Shown here: piece by piece, positions 1 to 10,521 of the stretch
How positions within the stretch are numbered: the first letter of the stretch is position 1
Layout of the letters: each line of letters begins with the position of its first letter
Source: an uncultured bacterium
GTDB taxonomy: Bacteria > Eisenbacteria > RBG-16-71-46 > JAFGJU01
Length of the DNA stretch: 64,000 nucleotides
NCBI GenBank assembly: GCA_964570935.1
Contig: CAZMZP010000073.1
Location: 28,820 to 92,819 of the forward strand
Direction of reading: 5' to 3'
Position numbers and translations under genes: made by a program
Notes under the pieces: model-generated
Databases searched by the model: none
What the model was told of the DNA's origin: nothing
The model's input: the letters and a program-made list of their open reading frames with translations, nothing else

Positions 1-278
1 TGATTTTTGACGAGGCGACGTCGGCGCTCGACACGGAATCGGAGATCCTGGTGCAGCAGGCCATCGAGCGGCTCATGGAGAACAGGACGACCTTCGTCAT
101 CGCACACCGTCTCTCGACGATCCAGCGGGCAGACCTGATACTCGTGATGGACAAGGGGAGGATCGTGCAGCGCGGAACGCACGACGGCCTGCTGGCCGAG
201 GAAGGGCTTTACAGGAGGCTCTACGAGCTGCAGTTCGCCGTCTCGCAGCCGGCGCGGCCGGTGGAAACAGTGAAGTGA
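1..278 (+). CDS. ABC transporter ATP-binding/permease (MsbA-like lipid A flippase), 3' end only
   Basis: Frame open from nt 3: [14 protein letters not shown]...[13 protein letters not shown]...GTHDGLL...[10 protein letters not shown] (Walker B, D-loop, H-loop of type IV exporters); directly upstream of LPS core genes. Confidence 0.85.
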   Translation, partial: IFDEATSALDTESEILVQQAIERLMENRTTFVIAHRLSTIQRADLILVMDKGRIVQRGTHDGLLAEEGLYRRLYELQFAVSQPARPVETVK

Positions 279-2545
279 ATCAGCGCGTCCCGCTCAGAAC
301 ACTCGTCATCAGGTCGAGCTCCCTCGGAGACGTCGTGCTCGCCGCGGCCGTGCCTCGCGCGCTCAAGGAGCGCGCCCCCGAGGCCCGCGTCACGTTCCTG
401 ACGAAAGACTCCTACGCGTACACCCTATTGAACAATCCGTCAATTGACGAAGTGCTCACCATCGGCAGTCGAGGTAACTCCCTCCTAGGCGCTCTCAGAC
501 TGGGCAGAGAGGTCAGAGCCCGGCGGTTCGACCTCGTGGTAGATCTCCAGTCCAACGTCCGTTCCTTCCTGCTTTGCCGTCTTGCCTCTCCCAGGAAGGT
601 GGTCAGGCCGCGGAAGGATTCTCTCTCGAGACACGGAATGGTGAGGTTCAAGGGTCTCCGCGCCAGGGCGCCCAGACACGTGGTGCAGCGCTACCTGAGC
701 GGCCTGCAGAAGATGTTCGGGCCCATGCCGGCTTACAGGCCGCGGATTCATCTTACTGAGCGGGAGAATGAGGCCGGTCTCCGCTTCGTGCAGGGGACCG
801 GGGTCCCCGGGGGGAGCGGGGCTGCCGAGGCGCGGCCCGCAGTCGGGATCTGCCCGGGCGCCAAGTGGAAGACGAAGATGTGGGGTGAGGACAAAGTGGT
901 CTCGCTTGCGCATCGGCTCGTGGAGCGGGGCTTTCGAGTGCTGGTGCTCGGCGGGCCTTCGGACGAGCCCTCGCTGGCCGCGTTCAGGTCGCTGCTCCGG
1001 GTGGGAGCCATGATGGAGGCCAGGATGTCGACCGTGACTGCCGGCGCCGGTACGGCGGGAGAAGCGACGGGACAGACGGCCCCGGCCGAGCCCGAACTCG
1101 GAATGCGTTTCCTCATCTCCGACCTGAGGACAATCGCGGCAGTCATGTCGCACTGCGCGTGCGTGGTCTCCAACGATTCTGGTCTGATGCACGTGGCGCA
1201 CGCGGTGGACACGCCAGTCGTGACGATTTTCGGTCCGACCACGCCTGAATTTGGGTTCTTCCCGCCTGACGGCCGTTCCGTGGTGTTCTCCAACGAGTTT
1301 GACTGCAAGCCCTGCGACGTCCACGGGACCGCGACGTGCAAGAAGGGTCGCGCGGTGTGCATGGAGTCCGTGGAGGCGGACGAGGTGGCCGACGCCGTGG
1401 AGGCCGTGACGGCCTCCAGGACCAGGCCTCTTCCGGGGCGCGTGTCGGACACGCTGGAGCTGCCGGCTTTCAGGACCAAACAGACGTCAACCGAACGCAG
1501 GGAACGGCAGTGGAGACTGCCGGAGACAGGGAGCATCGCGGTGCGTGTCCCCAACTGGGTCGGAGACGCCGTCATGGCCTGGCCCACTCTCAGCGCTCTG
1601 AGCAGGCTTGCGCCTAACAGGTTGGTGCTGGTGGCGCACAGACGCGTGGCGGGTCTTTTCCAGAACGGCGAATTCGGCAGAGACGTCGTGGTCGTGGGCT
1701 CGAGCCGGTGGCCGTCCCTGGTCGTGGCCGCCCTGCGGCTCCGGAGGCGCAAGTGCGGCCTCGCGCTGGCCATGCCAGATTCGCTGTCCTCCGCCTTGCA
1801 GATGTGGCTGGCCGGAGTGCCCCGGCGCGTGGGCTTCAGGAGCGAGCTGAGAGGAGCGTTCCTGACCACGCGGCTGAGCAAGCCCCGCTGGTTACATCTT
1901 TGTGAGCAGTATTCCCACCTGCTGCCCGCCGGCGCCGAATACGACGGCCGCGTAAGCATGTCCGTCTCGGAGGCAGACTCCAGGAGAGTCGAGCGGCTTC
2001 TGGAAAGCAAAGGAGTGAAAGATGGTTCCAGCCTGGTGCTTCTAGCGCCGGGCGCCTCGTACGGTGAGACGAAGATGTGGCCCGCGCCCGGGTACGTGAG
2101 GCTCTCGGAGCTCCTGGGCAGGTCGGAGCAGGCGCTGGTTGCGCTCGTGGGCACGCCGGCCGAGAAAGAGCTATGCGAGTCGATGCGGCGCGAAAGCCGC
2201 GTCCCGGTGCTCAACCTGGCCGGGGAGACGAGCCTGGGCGAGCTGGCGGCCCTGTCCTCTGCGGCCACGTTGTTTGTGGGGAACGACTCCGGCGCGGCGC
2301 ACGTGGCGGCTGCCGCCGGGTGTCCCGTCGTCATCATAGTCGGTTCGACGGACCCAAGCTGGACGATTCCCAGGGGTGACGCGGTGGCCGTAGTCCAGAA
2401 AAGGGTCTCGTGTTCGCCGTGTTTTCTGAAGAAGTGTCCGTACGGGCTGGAGTGCCTGACCCGGATCGACCCGGAGTGCGTGCACGAGGTCGCGGTCAAG
2501 TTGAGGCGGCGGTTGACGGTCGAGCTGCGTCGGCGGCCGGACTGA
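275..2545 (+). CDS. Tandem fusion of two GT9 (ADP-heptose:LPS heptosyltransferase-like) domains
   Basis: Domain 1: SSLGDVV...[11 protein letters not shown]...[12 protein letters not shown]...IFGPT. Domain 2: [10 protein letters not shown]...[13 protein letters not shown]...[12 protein letters not shown] (WaaF-like). Each ends in a four-Cys motif. Confidence 0.9.
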   Translation: MNQRVPLRTLVIRSSSLGDVVLAAAVPRALKERAPEARVTFLTKDSYAYTLLNNPSIDEVLTIGSRGNSLLGALRLGREVRARRFDLVVDLQSNVRSFLLCRLASPRKVVRPRKDSLSRHGMVRFKGLRARAPRHVVQRYLSGLQKMFGPMPAYRPRIHLTERENEAGLRFVQGTGVPGGSGAAEARPAVGICPGAKWKTKMWGEDKVVSLAHRLVERGFRVLVLGGPSDEPSLAAFRSLLRVGAMMEARMSTVTAGAGTAGEATGQTAPAEPELGMRFLISDLRTIAAVMSHCACVVSNDSGLMHVAHAVDTPVVTIFGPTTPEFGFFPPDGRSVVFSNEFDCKPCDVHGTATCKKGRAVCMESVEADEVADAVEAVTASRTRPLPGRVSDTLELPAFRTKQTSTERRERQWRLPETGSIAVRVPNWVGDAVMAWPTLSALSRLAPNRLVLVAHRRVAGLFQNGEFGRDVVVVGSSRWPSLVVAALRLRRRKCGLALAMPDSLSSALQMWLAGVPRRVGFRSELRGAFLTTRLSKPRWLHLCEQYSHLLPAGAEYDGRVSMSVSEADSRRVERLLESKGVKDGSSLVLLAPGASYGETKMWPAPGYVRLSELLGRSEQALVALVGTPAEKELCESMRRESRVPVLNLAGETSLGELAALSSAATLFVGNDSGAAHVAAAAGCPVVIIVGSTDPSWTIPRGDAVAVVQKRVSCSPCFLKKCPYGLECLTRIDPECVHEVAVKLRRRLTVELRRRPD

Positions 2546-2587
2546 GCAGGAGTCGGCCGATGGCGGACGGCGCGCGATAGAGGTTAC

Positions 2588-3187
2588 ATGCTGAGAAAGC
2601 AATCCAGGGGAATGCGCACCGAAAAAAGAACGGACTGGGCCGTGTTCGTGGACAGAGACGGCACGGTCATCGAGGAGATCGGATACCAGTCCGACCCGGA
2701 CGGAGTCCGGGTCATCCCCGGCGCCGCCGGCTCGATCTCGAAGCTGAACAAGCTGGGCATTCCTGTCGTGGTCATCTCCAACCAGGCGGGCGTGGCGAGA
2801 GGCCTGTTCACGACGGGCGACCTGGACAGGGTGCACGAGCGGTTCGTGGACCTTCTGGCCGCGCAGGGCGCGTTTGTGGACGCCGCCTACTACTGTCCCC
2901 ACCATCCCGAATTCGACGTCGAGTGCGATTGCAGGAAACCCAGGCCCGGGCTCCTGCTCAAGGCCGCCGAAGACCTGAAAATAGACCTCGGACGGAGCTT
3001 CATGGTCGGAGACCGTCTGATAGACGTGCAGGCCGGCAAGGCGGCCGGGGTCACGGCCGTGTTCCTACTCACCGGGTACGGGCAGAGGGAGCTCGAGGAA
3101 CATCGCGCCGACGTCATGAAGACCGCGGACAGGGTGTGCGGCGACCTCGCCCGGGCGGTGGACTGGATACTGGATGAAAGACTCTAG
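2588..3187 (+). CDS. gmhB: D-glycero-D-manno-heptose-1,7-bisphosphate phosphatase (HAD family)
   Basis: AVFVDRDGT, SNQAGVARG, YYCPHHP...CDCRKPRPG, SFMVGD motifs; LPS context; true start may be ATG 2612. Confidence 0.9.
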   Translation: MLRKQSRGMRTEKRTDWAVFVDRDGTVIEEIGYQSDPDGVRVIPGAAGSISKLNKLGIPVVVISNQAGVARGLFTTGDLDRVHERFVDLLAAQGAFVDAAYYCPHHPEFDVECDCRKPRPGLLLKAAEDLKIDLGRSFMVGDRLIDVQAGKAAGVTAVFLLTGYGQRELEEHRADVMKTADRVCGDLARAVDWILDERL

Positions 3188-4136
3188 AACGGCCGTCAAA
3201 AACGCTGTCGCGTTCCTCGCAGACAGGTTCTTCCTTCTGAGACCTCTGGTCATAGTCCCGGCCGCAACGTTCTTTTTGCTCGGTTACGCGGAAGCCCTCC
3301 TTCGGAGCCGCGAAGCGTGGCCCGGCTATCCGCGGCTCGGCCACCCGTGGCTGGGACTCGTTTCATACTCCCTGCTGATGGCCTCCGTGTACGTCATGAA
3401 CCAGGTCTACGACGCCGAGAGCGACAGGGCTAACCAGAAGCTGTTCATCATTCCCCGGGGCCTTGTATCGAAGACGGAGGCGTGGGGTGTGGCGGCCGCG
3501 CTCATGGTCCTGGGCCTGGCCGGAGGCGCGAGATGCGGGCAGACCACGGCGTTCCTGTTCGGGCTGTCCTTCGTGCTGGGCATGGCGTACTCGATCCCGC
3601 CGGTGGCCCTGAAGAGGGTTTTCCCGTTCGACCTCGCGGCCAACGCAATCGGGTACGGTACGCTGGCGTTCTTGTCGGGCTGGTCGGTCGCCTCGAGCGC
3701 CGGGCTGAGGGCCGTCGCGATGTCGGAGCCGCTGGCCCTCTGCGTGGGTGCGGTGTTCACGCTCACGGCCGTTCAGGACAGGAAGGGGGACGAACGGAGT
3801 GGCTTCCGCACGACAGGGGTGGTGTTGGGACTCGGGCGCGGCACGCTGCTGGCTCTGATCCTGATGGCGGCGGCGATACCGCTGAGCTTTCTCATCGACA
3901 ACCGGTTTGTGCTCGTGGGCGCGGCGGCGGCCCTGCCGTTCTTCGTGTACGCCTGCGCGAAGCCCTCGGAGCAGGCGGTCAAGGTGGCGTACAGGGCTTC
4001 CTCGGCCGTCTTCGTACTCATGGTGGGGTTCGCCTTCCCTTATTTCCTCTTGATCGTGCTGACGCTCATGGGACTGGCGCGGCTGTACTATTCACTGCGC
4101 TTCTCTCTGAATTACCCCACGCTGACGGGGAAGTAA
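3174..4136 (+). CDS. UbiA-family membrane prenyltransferase
   Basis: Multi-TM; Asp-rich motifs NQVYDAESDRAN and QDRKGD; YS.PP.LK motif. Confidence 0.8.
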   Translation: MKDSRTAVKNAVAFLADRFFLLRPLVIVPAATFFLLGYAEALLRSREAWPGYPRLGHPWLGLVSYSLLMASVYVMNQVYDAESDRANQKLFIIPRGLVSKTEAWGVAAALMVLGLAGGARCGQTTAFLFGLSFVLGMAYSIPPVALKRVFPFDLAANAIGYGTLAFLSGWSVASSAGLRAVAMSEPLALCVGAVFTLTAVQDRKGDERSGFRTTGVVLGLGRGTLLALILMAAAIPLSFLIDNRFVLVGAAAALPFFVYACAKPSEQAVKVAYRASSAVFVLMVGFAFPYFLLIVLTLMGLARLYYSLRFSLNYPTLTGK

Positions 4137-4175
4137 AGACGGTTCCGGGCGGAGCGCGACGGTCGGGGTCGTTCC

Positions 4176-5237
4176 TTACTTGCGATGAAGCGAAAAGCCT
4201 TCGGGGGTTCTCGTGTAGATGAACCTCTGGGGCGTGGCCTCTCGCGCCAGGCCCTCGGACACGAGCTGTGTCAGGTTGTCCGGGTAGGCACCCTTGGCTG
4301 CCTTGTAGACTTCGATGGCCAGGCGCACGTCTTCCTCGCGCACCTTTTCTGTCCGGCCGGCCGGGTCCACGGAGGGCGCGGCCGCGGCCTCGAACCTCGC
4401 CACCGCCCACCTCACGCCCAGACTCGCGGCAGCCAGCGCCACCACGAGCAGGGCGATCCTCAGGGCCGGAATGAGCTGGATCTTGGCTCCGACGTCACCG
4501 GCGGCTTCCTCGCCGGACGGCTCCGCCGACCAGTCGGTCGTCTCTATCAGGCCGGTCTCGACCAGGCGGTCCAGGACTTCGTATGTCCGGAACTCGCCCA
4601 GCTTGGAGCTGGCCGCGATGCGGTGGATCGGCGTCTGGCCGTCCACGAGGCTCAGGACTCTCCTCTCGTGCTCTCCCATCTCGTCGGGATGCGCCTTGTC
4701 CGTGGCACGCATTATGACACTGGGGGAATACATCTCCTTCATTCGCGCGCTCTCGTCGATCCTCCTCATGCATTCCATCAGGAGGGCCTCGGTGCGCATG
4801 GGAACCTTGAAGTAGAGCCTGGACACGGTCTTCTCGTCGCCCGAGAAGACGTAGGTGCCTTTCTTCCAGACCACGAGACTGGGTAGCAGTTCTCTGGCGA
4901 GGTGTTCGATGGCCTCGGTGAGCTGCTTCGAGCTCAGGTAGCCGCCGCTGATTATGATCTCCGGGAGCTCCTTCTTGCTCTGGCCCCGGATCGCGCAGAC
5001 CTGTTCGACCTGCTCTTTGCTGAGTCTGCCGGTGTCGGACAGAAAACCCAGCAGGGGGTCGGGCTTCTTCTCGCGTTCCCGCCTGTCTGACAGCGAGACT
5101 ATGTTGCCTTTCTCGAAGAACAGGACGGCGCTGTTCGTCTCCGAGGTCAGCCTGAGGACCCCGGACTTCCTCTGCACGGCTATGAGCTGGAGGATCTCAA
5201 CCAGACTGAAGTCTTGTAGGTTTCCCTGTAACGCCAT
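4176..5237 (-). CDS. DUF4388-like domain protein with C-terminal TM and pseudopilin-like tail
   Basis: N-term MALQGNLQDFSLVEILQLIA..RKSGVLRL and ...LLMECMRRIDE typical of DUF4388; C-term TM followed by RLAIEVYKAAKGAYPDNLTQLV. Confidence 0.7.
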   Translation of the reverse strand: MALQGNLQDFSLVEILQLIAVQRKSGVLRLTSETNSAVLFFEKGNIVSLSDRREREKKPDPLLGFLSDTGRLSKEQVEQVCAIRGQSKKELPEIIISGGYLSSKQLTEAIEHLARELLPSLVVWKKGTYVFSGDEKTVSRLYFKVPMRTEALLMECMRRIDESARMKEMYSPSVIMRATDKAHPDEMGEHERRVLSLVDGQTPIHRIAASSKLGEFRTYEVLDRLVETGLIETTDWSAEPSGEEAAGDVGAKIQLIPALRIALLVVALAAASLGVRWAVARFEAAAAPSVDPAGRTEKVREEDVRLAIEVYKAAKGAYPDNLTQLVSEGLAREATPQRFIYTRTPEGFSLHRK

Positions 5238-7077
5238 CTCTGAGCGATTTCCCCGGGGTTTGAGTCCGGATGACTCTGAGCTGCGGCACGCGTCTCTTCG
5301 CCGTCCTGACCAACCACATGAGCGAAACCCCGTGGATCAGGACCGCCGGCACGAGCAACAGCGAATATGTTAACACGCCCTGGGTCTCGTAGGGAAGAGA
5401 AGGCAGGTAGTCCACCCAGTATCCCCGGACGGCGATGCAGACGGCGATGACGGTGTAGAGCAGGACCACGAGGAATCCCGAAATGGCGTACCCGGACTGC
5501 ACCAAGCTGAAGCCCGGCAAGGCGATGCCGGCCGCGGAGGAGACAGGACGGAGCCTTCTCGTCTCGAGCTGGAATTGGTTGGCCAGGAGCAGCTTCGTGA
5601 ACTCGGGCGACTTGACGGAGCTCGCCGCCACGGCGCACTTGAGGCAGTAGACCTGCTTCTGCGCCCTGGACAGGCACTTCCGGCAGACTATCTTTCCGCA
5701 ATTGGTACACCTGTGAGCCCTCAGATTCCGGAAAACAAGTGCGCTTGCGGCAAGACTCAGCGCGAAGAAAAAGGCTATTGTGCCACTCCGTCGCTCGCGG
5801 CCCAGACCCAACAGGCGCAGCGCCGGCTCCAAAGCCTCGGACGTCCGGGAGCGGGCTCCCTCCCGGCGAAGCGCGCTCCAGAACCGCGAGGCGGGAAACA
5901 CCGCGTCGATAACGCTGCGGTTCAGCTGTTCCCGGCTGTTGAGCGAGAACTCGTTTATCAGCTCCGCGTCCAGCTGCTTCGCCGTGCCGATCTCCGCGTT
6001 GGCCTCGGCGAAGAGCAGTCTCTTGGTGTAGACCTGCGCAAGGTTGTAGTGCGGCTCGGGCAGGGACGGAGCCATGCTGGCCGCCTTGCGATAGCACTTG
6101 TCGGCGGTGTCGAAGTCTCCGAGGTTGAAGTAGACGTTTCCAAGATTGTTGAGATAGCGTGCGTCGTTCGGAGACAGCTGGACCGCCCTTTCCAGCTCCG
6201 TCCTTGCTATGCCGAGCCGCCCGGCCCTCCTGGCCACGGTGCCGTAGACAAAATGGTGCGACGCGTCGCCAGGATCGCTCTGAATCGAGCGCAAGAGGGC
6301 CTTCTCGTGCTGGTCGCTCCATCCGTCTCTCAGGGCGGCGTAGGAAACGTACGTGGGGGAGTCGTAGCCGAGCGGGGGGAACCTCCTGCCCATCTGTACG
6401 GACGCGAACGGCGCCGACACTACCAGCGCCAGAAAAACCGCGGTGAAGAACCTCTCTCTCTTGCTCATGCAGTTCCAGAGGGCTCCTCCGCAGCACAGCA
6501 CAGTGCCAGCCAGGCCCAGCCCCCACAGCAGCGGTTGCAGAACGGCGAACACGCCCAGCCATCCGGCTGTTCTCGGCGGCATCTCCGCCGACAGCCTCTC
6601 GCCGACCACGTGCCTGAGCTCGGCGACGTGCCTGACGATCGCCATGACCACGAAGACCGCCAGAGCGATCGCCAGGATCAGGAAGATCATCGCGGACAGG
6701 TTCTGAAGGAGGAAGTACTGCGCCGGGAAATCGCGCCTGAGGACGTCGGCGACGGCGGAAAGCTCCGCGATCGCGCGGCCGGGGTCGCTGAGCAGGTAGG
6801 CCCTGGCCAGAGAGTACTTGGGGTCCAGAAAGTTCGGGTCCAGCTCCGACGCGGCCCTGAACGCCTTGAGCGCCGTCTCCGAGTCGCCTCCCCTTCGTGC
6901 CTGCACTCCGATGCGGTAGTAAGCATGTGCGTGGGCCGAGAGGGATGGTATGCCGCTGTTGAGCCTGACCTCGTTCAGCTCGGACAGGTAGCGCTCCGAC
7001 ATCGGCGTCACGTCGCCGGCCGCGACGCCGCACGACGCGAGGCAAAGGAACACGACGAGGGCCACGGTCTTCTTCAT
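5197..7077 (-). CDS. Membrane-anchored tetratricopeptide-repeat protein with Cys-rich (Zn-finger-like) segment
   Basis: Signal peptide from ATG 7077 (RBS GAGGAG); TPR motifs (YLNNLGNVYFNLGDFDTA, PEPHYNLAQVY); TM helices; CTNCGKIVCRKC...YCLKC. Confidence 0.7.
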   Translation of the reverse strand: MKKTVALVVFLCLASCGVAAGDVTPMSERYLSELNEVRLNSGIPSLSAHAHAYYRIGVQARRGGDSETALKAFRAASELDPNFLDPKYSLARAYLLSDPGRAIAELSAVADVLRRDFPAQYFLLQNLSAMIFLILAIALAVFVVMAIVRHVAELRHVVGERLSAEMPPRTAGWLGVFAVLQPLLWGLGLAGTVLCCGGALWNCMSKRERFFTAVFLALVVSAPFASVQMGRRFPPLGYDSPTYVSYAALRDGWSDQHEKALLRSIQSDPGDASHHFVYGTVARRAGRLGIARTELERAVQLSPNDARYLNNLGNVYFNLGDFDTADKCYRKAASMAPSLPEPHYNLAQVYTKRLLFAEANAEIGTAKQLDAELINEFSLNSREQLNRSVIDAVFPASRFWSALRREGARSRTSEALEPALRLLGLGRERRSGTIAFFFALSLAASALVFRNLRAHRCTNCGKIVCRKCLSRAQKQVYCLKCAVAASSVKSPEFTKLLLANQFQLETRRLRPVSSAAGIALPGFSLVQSGYAISGFLVVLLYTVIAVCIAVRGYWVDYLPSLPYETQGVLTYSLLLVPAVLIHGVSLMWLVRTAKRRVPQLRVIRTQTPGKSLRDGVTGKPTRLQSG

Positions 7078-7110
7078 TGCACTCCTCTTTAGAAGCCTCA
7101 AAATCAACTC

Positions 7111-7139
7111 AAAATATTCGCTGCAACTTCCCATGTCAA
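7111..7139 (-). promoter_or_regulatory. Putative sigma70 promoter for TPR/DUF4388 pair
   Basis: Minus strand TTGACA-N17-TATTTT upstream of ATG 7077. Confidence 0.5.
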
Positions 7140-7176
7140 GAGAAAATAGCCCGGTTGCGACGCCCGCAGTTTTCGG

Positions 7177-7205
7177 TTGACTACCCGCAAAAACGCCGGT
7201 AAGTT
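7177..7205 (+). promoter_or_regulatory. Putative sigma70 promoter for asnS
   Basis: TTGACT-N17-TAAGTT, divergent from the previous promoter. Confidence 0.45.
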
Positions 7206-7290
7206 TCAGGAAAATTCAGTGCGGCGTTCCCGGCAATCGAAGTGTCGCCGCGACAGGGAACGGTGCAATCCGCAAACGCAGGGAATCACA

Positions 7291-8580
7291 ATGCACGTAT
7301 ACGTCAATCAGGTGTCCGGGTTTGTGTCCGACGAAGTCGAGATACGGGGCTGGCTCTACAACAAGCGCTCCAGCGGCAAGATCCACTTCCTGCTGCTGCG
7401 CGACGGAACCGGGACGATACAGGCGGTGGTCGACCGCGCAGCCGTCGGCGAAGAGGTCTTCGAGAGGTGCGAGCGGCTGACCCAGGAGAGCTCGGTGATC
7501 GTGAGGGGGAAGGTCAGGGAGGAACGCCGGGCGCCCGGCGGGTTCGAGCTCCTGCTGACGGGTCTGGACGTCGTCCAGATCGCGCAGGATTATCCCATAA
7601 CGCCCAAGGAACATGGGGTGTCGTTCCTGCTGGACCACAGGCACCTGTGGCTCAGGTCGTCGCGGCAGCACGCTATCCTGCTCGTCAGGAGCACGGTCGA
7701 AAGGGCGATACGGGACTTCTTCGAGTCCGAGGGGTTCGTGGCCGTGGACGCGCCCATCTTCACGCCGTCTGCGGTCGAGGGAACGAGCACTCTGTTCGAG
7801 ACCGACTATTTCGGAGACAAGGCCTACCTGAGTCAGAGCGGCCAGCTCTACATGGAGGCCGCCGCGATGGCGCTGGCGAAGGTCTACTGCTTCGGCCCGA
7901 CGTTCAGGGCCGAGAAGTCCAAGACCAGGCGGCACCTGATAGAGTTCTGGATGGTGGAGCCGGAGATGGCGTTCGCCGAGCTCGAGGACGTGATTCAACT
8001 GGCCGAACGTCTGATCTGCTACGTGGTCGGCCGCGTGCTCGAGCAGCGACGGGCCGAGCTGGTCAGGCTCGAGCGGTCAGTGGAGAAGCTCGAAAACGTG
8101 AAGCCCCCGTTCCCCCGCCTGCAGTACGATGAGGCCGTCAGAGTTCTCAGAGACAAAGGTGTCGCCATCGAGTGGGGGTCGGACTTCGGAGCGGTCGAAG
8201 AGGCGGAGCTCTCGGCGGCGTTCGACAGGCCGCTGTTCGTGTGGGGCTACCCGCGGGAGTGCAAGGCCTTTTACATGAAGCAGAGCGCCGACGACCCGAG
8301 GATCACGATGTCCGTCGACCTGATAGCGCCGGAGGGCTACGGCGAGATAATCGGCGGGGGCCAGAGGGAGGACAGTCTCGAGCTGCTCGAGAAGCAGATA
8401 GAAGCCCAGAAGCTGCCCAGGGAAGCCTTCGAGTGGTACCTGGACCTCAGGCGCTACGGCACCGTGAAGCACGGCGGGTTCGGACTTGGGCTGGAGAGGA
8501 CGGTGGCGTGGATTTGCGGGATCGAGCACATAAGAGAAGCCATACCGTTTCCCAGGATGCTCCAGAGACTGGGCCCGTAG
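7291..8580 (+). CDS. asnS: Asparagine--tRNA ligase
   Basis: OB-fold [18 protein letters not shown]; [11 protein letters not shown]; YLSQSGQLY; [25 protein letters not shown]; [10 protein letters not shown]; start ATG 7291. Confidence 0.95.
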   Translation: MHVYVNQVSGFVSDEVEIRGWLYNKRSSGKIHFLLLRDGTGTIQAVVDRAAVGEEVFERCERLTQESSVIVRGKVREERRAPGGFELLLTGLDVVQIAQDYPITPKEHGVSFLLDHRHLWLRSSRQHAILLVRSTVERAIRDFFESEGFVAVDAPIFTPSAVEGTSTLFETDYFGDKAYLSQSGQLYMEAAAMALAKVYCFGPTFRAEKSKTRRHLIEFWMVEPEMAFAELEDVIQLAERLICYVVGRVLEQRRAELVRLERSVEKLENVKPPFPRLQYDEAVRVLRDKGVAIEWGSDFGAVEEAELSAAFDRPLFVWGYPRECKAFYMKQSADDPRITMSVDLIAPEGYGEIIGGGQREDSLELLEKQIEAQKLPREAFEWYLDLRRYGTVKHGGFGLGLERTVAWICGIEHIREAIPFPRMLQRLGP

Positions 8581-8640
8581 TCCGTGCGGCACGGGCTACC
8601 AGGCGGCCTCGCAGCGCGCCCGGCCTGAGTCACGAATGGA

Positions 8641-8669
8641 TTGACAGCCGTGCAGCCGGGACTTAGACT
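8641..8669 (+). promoter_or_regulatory. Putative sigma70 promoter for exbB operon
   Basis: TTGACA-N17-TAGACT about 100 nt upstream of exbB. Confidence 0.55.
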
Positions 8670-8764
8670 CCGGGCGTTCGAAGGCGCCGACCCGCAGCGG
8701 GCGCCTTCGCCTGCTTGCTGCGCAGTCCGGTCGAGCTTGGGGATGAGAATCCACAAACACGGAG

Positions 8765-9622
8765 TTGAACCTCATGTCTAGGCGTGCCTTCTTGTTCTGT
8801 GTCTTTACTCTTCTGATGGTGTTGGCGCCGATGCTTCCTGTCTGTTCCCTGGCGCAGGAAACAGCTCCCGCGTCCGGCCAGGAAATGGTCGAACGGAACG
8901 ACGAGCCGTCCGCGGCCGTGGCCGCGCCCGACGCCGGGGCTCCGGACGCCGGGCTTGATACCTCGTGGCTCGGGAGGATTAGAAGAAGCGGGATAGTGGA
9001 CTTCTACGTCAGGGGCGGCTTCTTCATGCACCCCATCCTGCTCTGCTCCATCCTGGGCCTGGCCGTCATACTGGAAAGGGCGTACGTCCTCAGCAGGGCC
9101 CGCACCGACGCCAAGAAGCTCGTGGCCGAGATGCTGCACGCTCTGAAAAGCGGCGGTCCCGAGGCCGCGCGCGGGCTGCTCGAGAAGACCAGGGGACCGA
9201 TAGCCGCCATACTCCACGCGGGACTGTTGAGGGCCGACGTGGGACTGGAGGCCGTCGAGAGGTCGATCCTGACCGCGGCCGCCATCGAAGTGTCCTTTCT
9301 CGAGAGGGGACTCATTTGGCTTGCGAGCATAGCCAACATCGCCCCTCTGCTCGGGTTCCTGGGGACGGTGTCGGGAATGATCCACGCGTTCGAGGCCATC
9401 GCGGCCGCCGAGCAGGTGAGCCCGAAGCTCGTGGCGGACGGCATCGCCGAGGCCCTGATCACCACCGCGGCAGGCCTCATAGTCGCAATACCGGTCCAGG
9501 TGGCCTACAACTACTTCGTGCAGAGAATAGAGCGCTACAGCGTGGACATGGAGGAGTCGAGCCACGACCTGCTGGACGCGCTGACTCAGGGAGCCGTAGG
9601 CGCCCGCGGACCTGCGAAGTAA
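8765..9622 (+). CDS. exbB: MotA/TolQ/ExbB proton channel family protein
   Basis: IANIAPLLGFLGTVSGMIHAF...GIAEALITTAAGLIVAIP signature. Confidence 0.9.
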   Translation: MNLMSRRAFLFCVFTLLMVLAPMLPVCSLAQETAPASGQEMVERNDEPSAAVAAPDAGAPDAGLDTSWLGRIRRSGIVDFYVRGGFFMHPILLCSILGLAVILERAYVLSRARTDAKKLVAEMLHALKSGGPEAARGLLEKTRGPIAAILHAGLLRADVGLEAVERSILTAAAIEVSFLERGLIWLASIANIAPLLGFLGTVSGMIHAFEAIAAAEQVSPKLVADGIAEALITTAAGLIVAIPVQVAYNYFVQRIERYSVDMEESSHDLLDALTQGAVGARGPAK

Positions 9623-9649
9623 CAGATTCCCGGAACGGGGTGAGGTCGT

Positions 9650-10063
9650 ATGAGACTGATGCGGAGGAAAAGGGAATCACCCGAGATTCCGCTGGCGTCC
9701 ACCGCGGACGTGGCTTTCCTGCTGCTCATATTCTTCATCGCCACCACCGTCTTCTCGATCGACGAGGGCCTGCCTCTCATCCTTCCCGCAAGAGGGTCTT
9801 CCGTAGTGAAGGTCTCGGTCAAGAACGTTGCCAGGATCGTCGTTCACGAGGACGGCACCGTGACGGTGGACAAAAAGGCGGTCCCGGTCGAGAGCATCTC
9901 GGGGCTTGTGCGCAAGATGATCGCCCAGAACGACAAGCTCGTCGTGTCCCTGGAGACCCACCCCCGGTGCAGGTACGGACGGATGGTGCGCGTGCTTGAC
10001 CAGCTCAAGCTGGCGAGCGCCACCAGGATCTCCTTGAGGCTTTACGCTCCGGAAACCGGATAG
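9650..10063 (+). CDS. exbD: ExbD/TolR family protein
   Basis: TM with conserved Asp (STADVAFLLLIFF), periplasmic domain ending YG.MV.VLD.LK. Confidence 0.88.
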   Translation: MRLMRRKRESPEIPLASTADVAFLLLIFFIATTVFSIDEGLPLILPARGSSVVKVSVKNVARIVVHEDGTVTVDKKAVPVESISGLVRKMIAQNDKLVVSLETHPRCRYGRMVRVLDQLKLASATRISLRLYAPETG

Positions 10064-10083
10064 CAGGATTGGAGTAGTGTGAC

Positions 10084-10521
10084 ATGCTGCCCGGCAGGAT
10101 GCCGAGGACCAATCGCAGGGCCGTGAGCACCATCCCGACGTGCACGATGGGCGACATCTCCATGCTCCTGATGATATTCTTCATGTCGACGGTCATCTTC
10201 CGCATGGACAACGGGCTTCCGGTCAGCCTCCCGAGGTCCGAAGCGGGCCAGCACGTTCCGAGGGAGAACTCGGTCCGCATATGGATCGACGTGAACGGCC
10301 GGGTGTCCATAGACGACAACATAATCGACATATCCGATATAGAGCCCATCATCGCCCGCAAGCTCACGCGCAACCCGGCCCTCATCGTGTCTTTCAACAC
10401 CGACAAAAGGTGTCCGTACGGCATCGTCTCTCGAGCCATCGATCACCTTAAAGACGCCAATGCGGTCAGAGTCGCGTTCATGGCGCCCCGGATCGAGAGG
10501 GGAGGCTCGCTCGACGAATGA
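10084..10521 (+). CDS. exbD: ExbD/TolR family protein (second copy)
   Basis: MGDISMLLMIFFMSTVIF...LPVSLP...DK..PYG. Confidence 0.88.
   Translation: MLPGRMPRTNRRAVSTIPTCTMGDISMLLMIFFMSTVIFRMDNGLPVSLPRSEAGQHVPRENSVRIWIDVNGRVSIDDNIIDISDIEPIIARKLTRNPALIVSFNTDKRCPYGIVSRAIDHLKDANAVRVAFMAPRIERGGSLDE

Noticed and set aside
748-2499. Long antisense and alternative-frame ORFs (e.g. 748..2499 -, 5180..7045 -, 13019..14563 -, 38834..40561 -, 41947..43821 -)
   Set aside because: They shadow well-supported genes, have Ser/Arg/Pro-rich nonsense composition and are expected in high-GC DNA.
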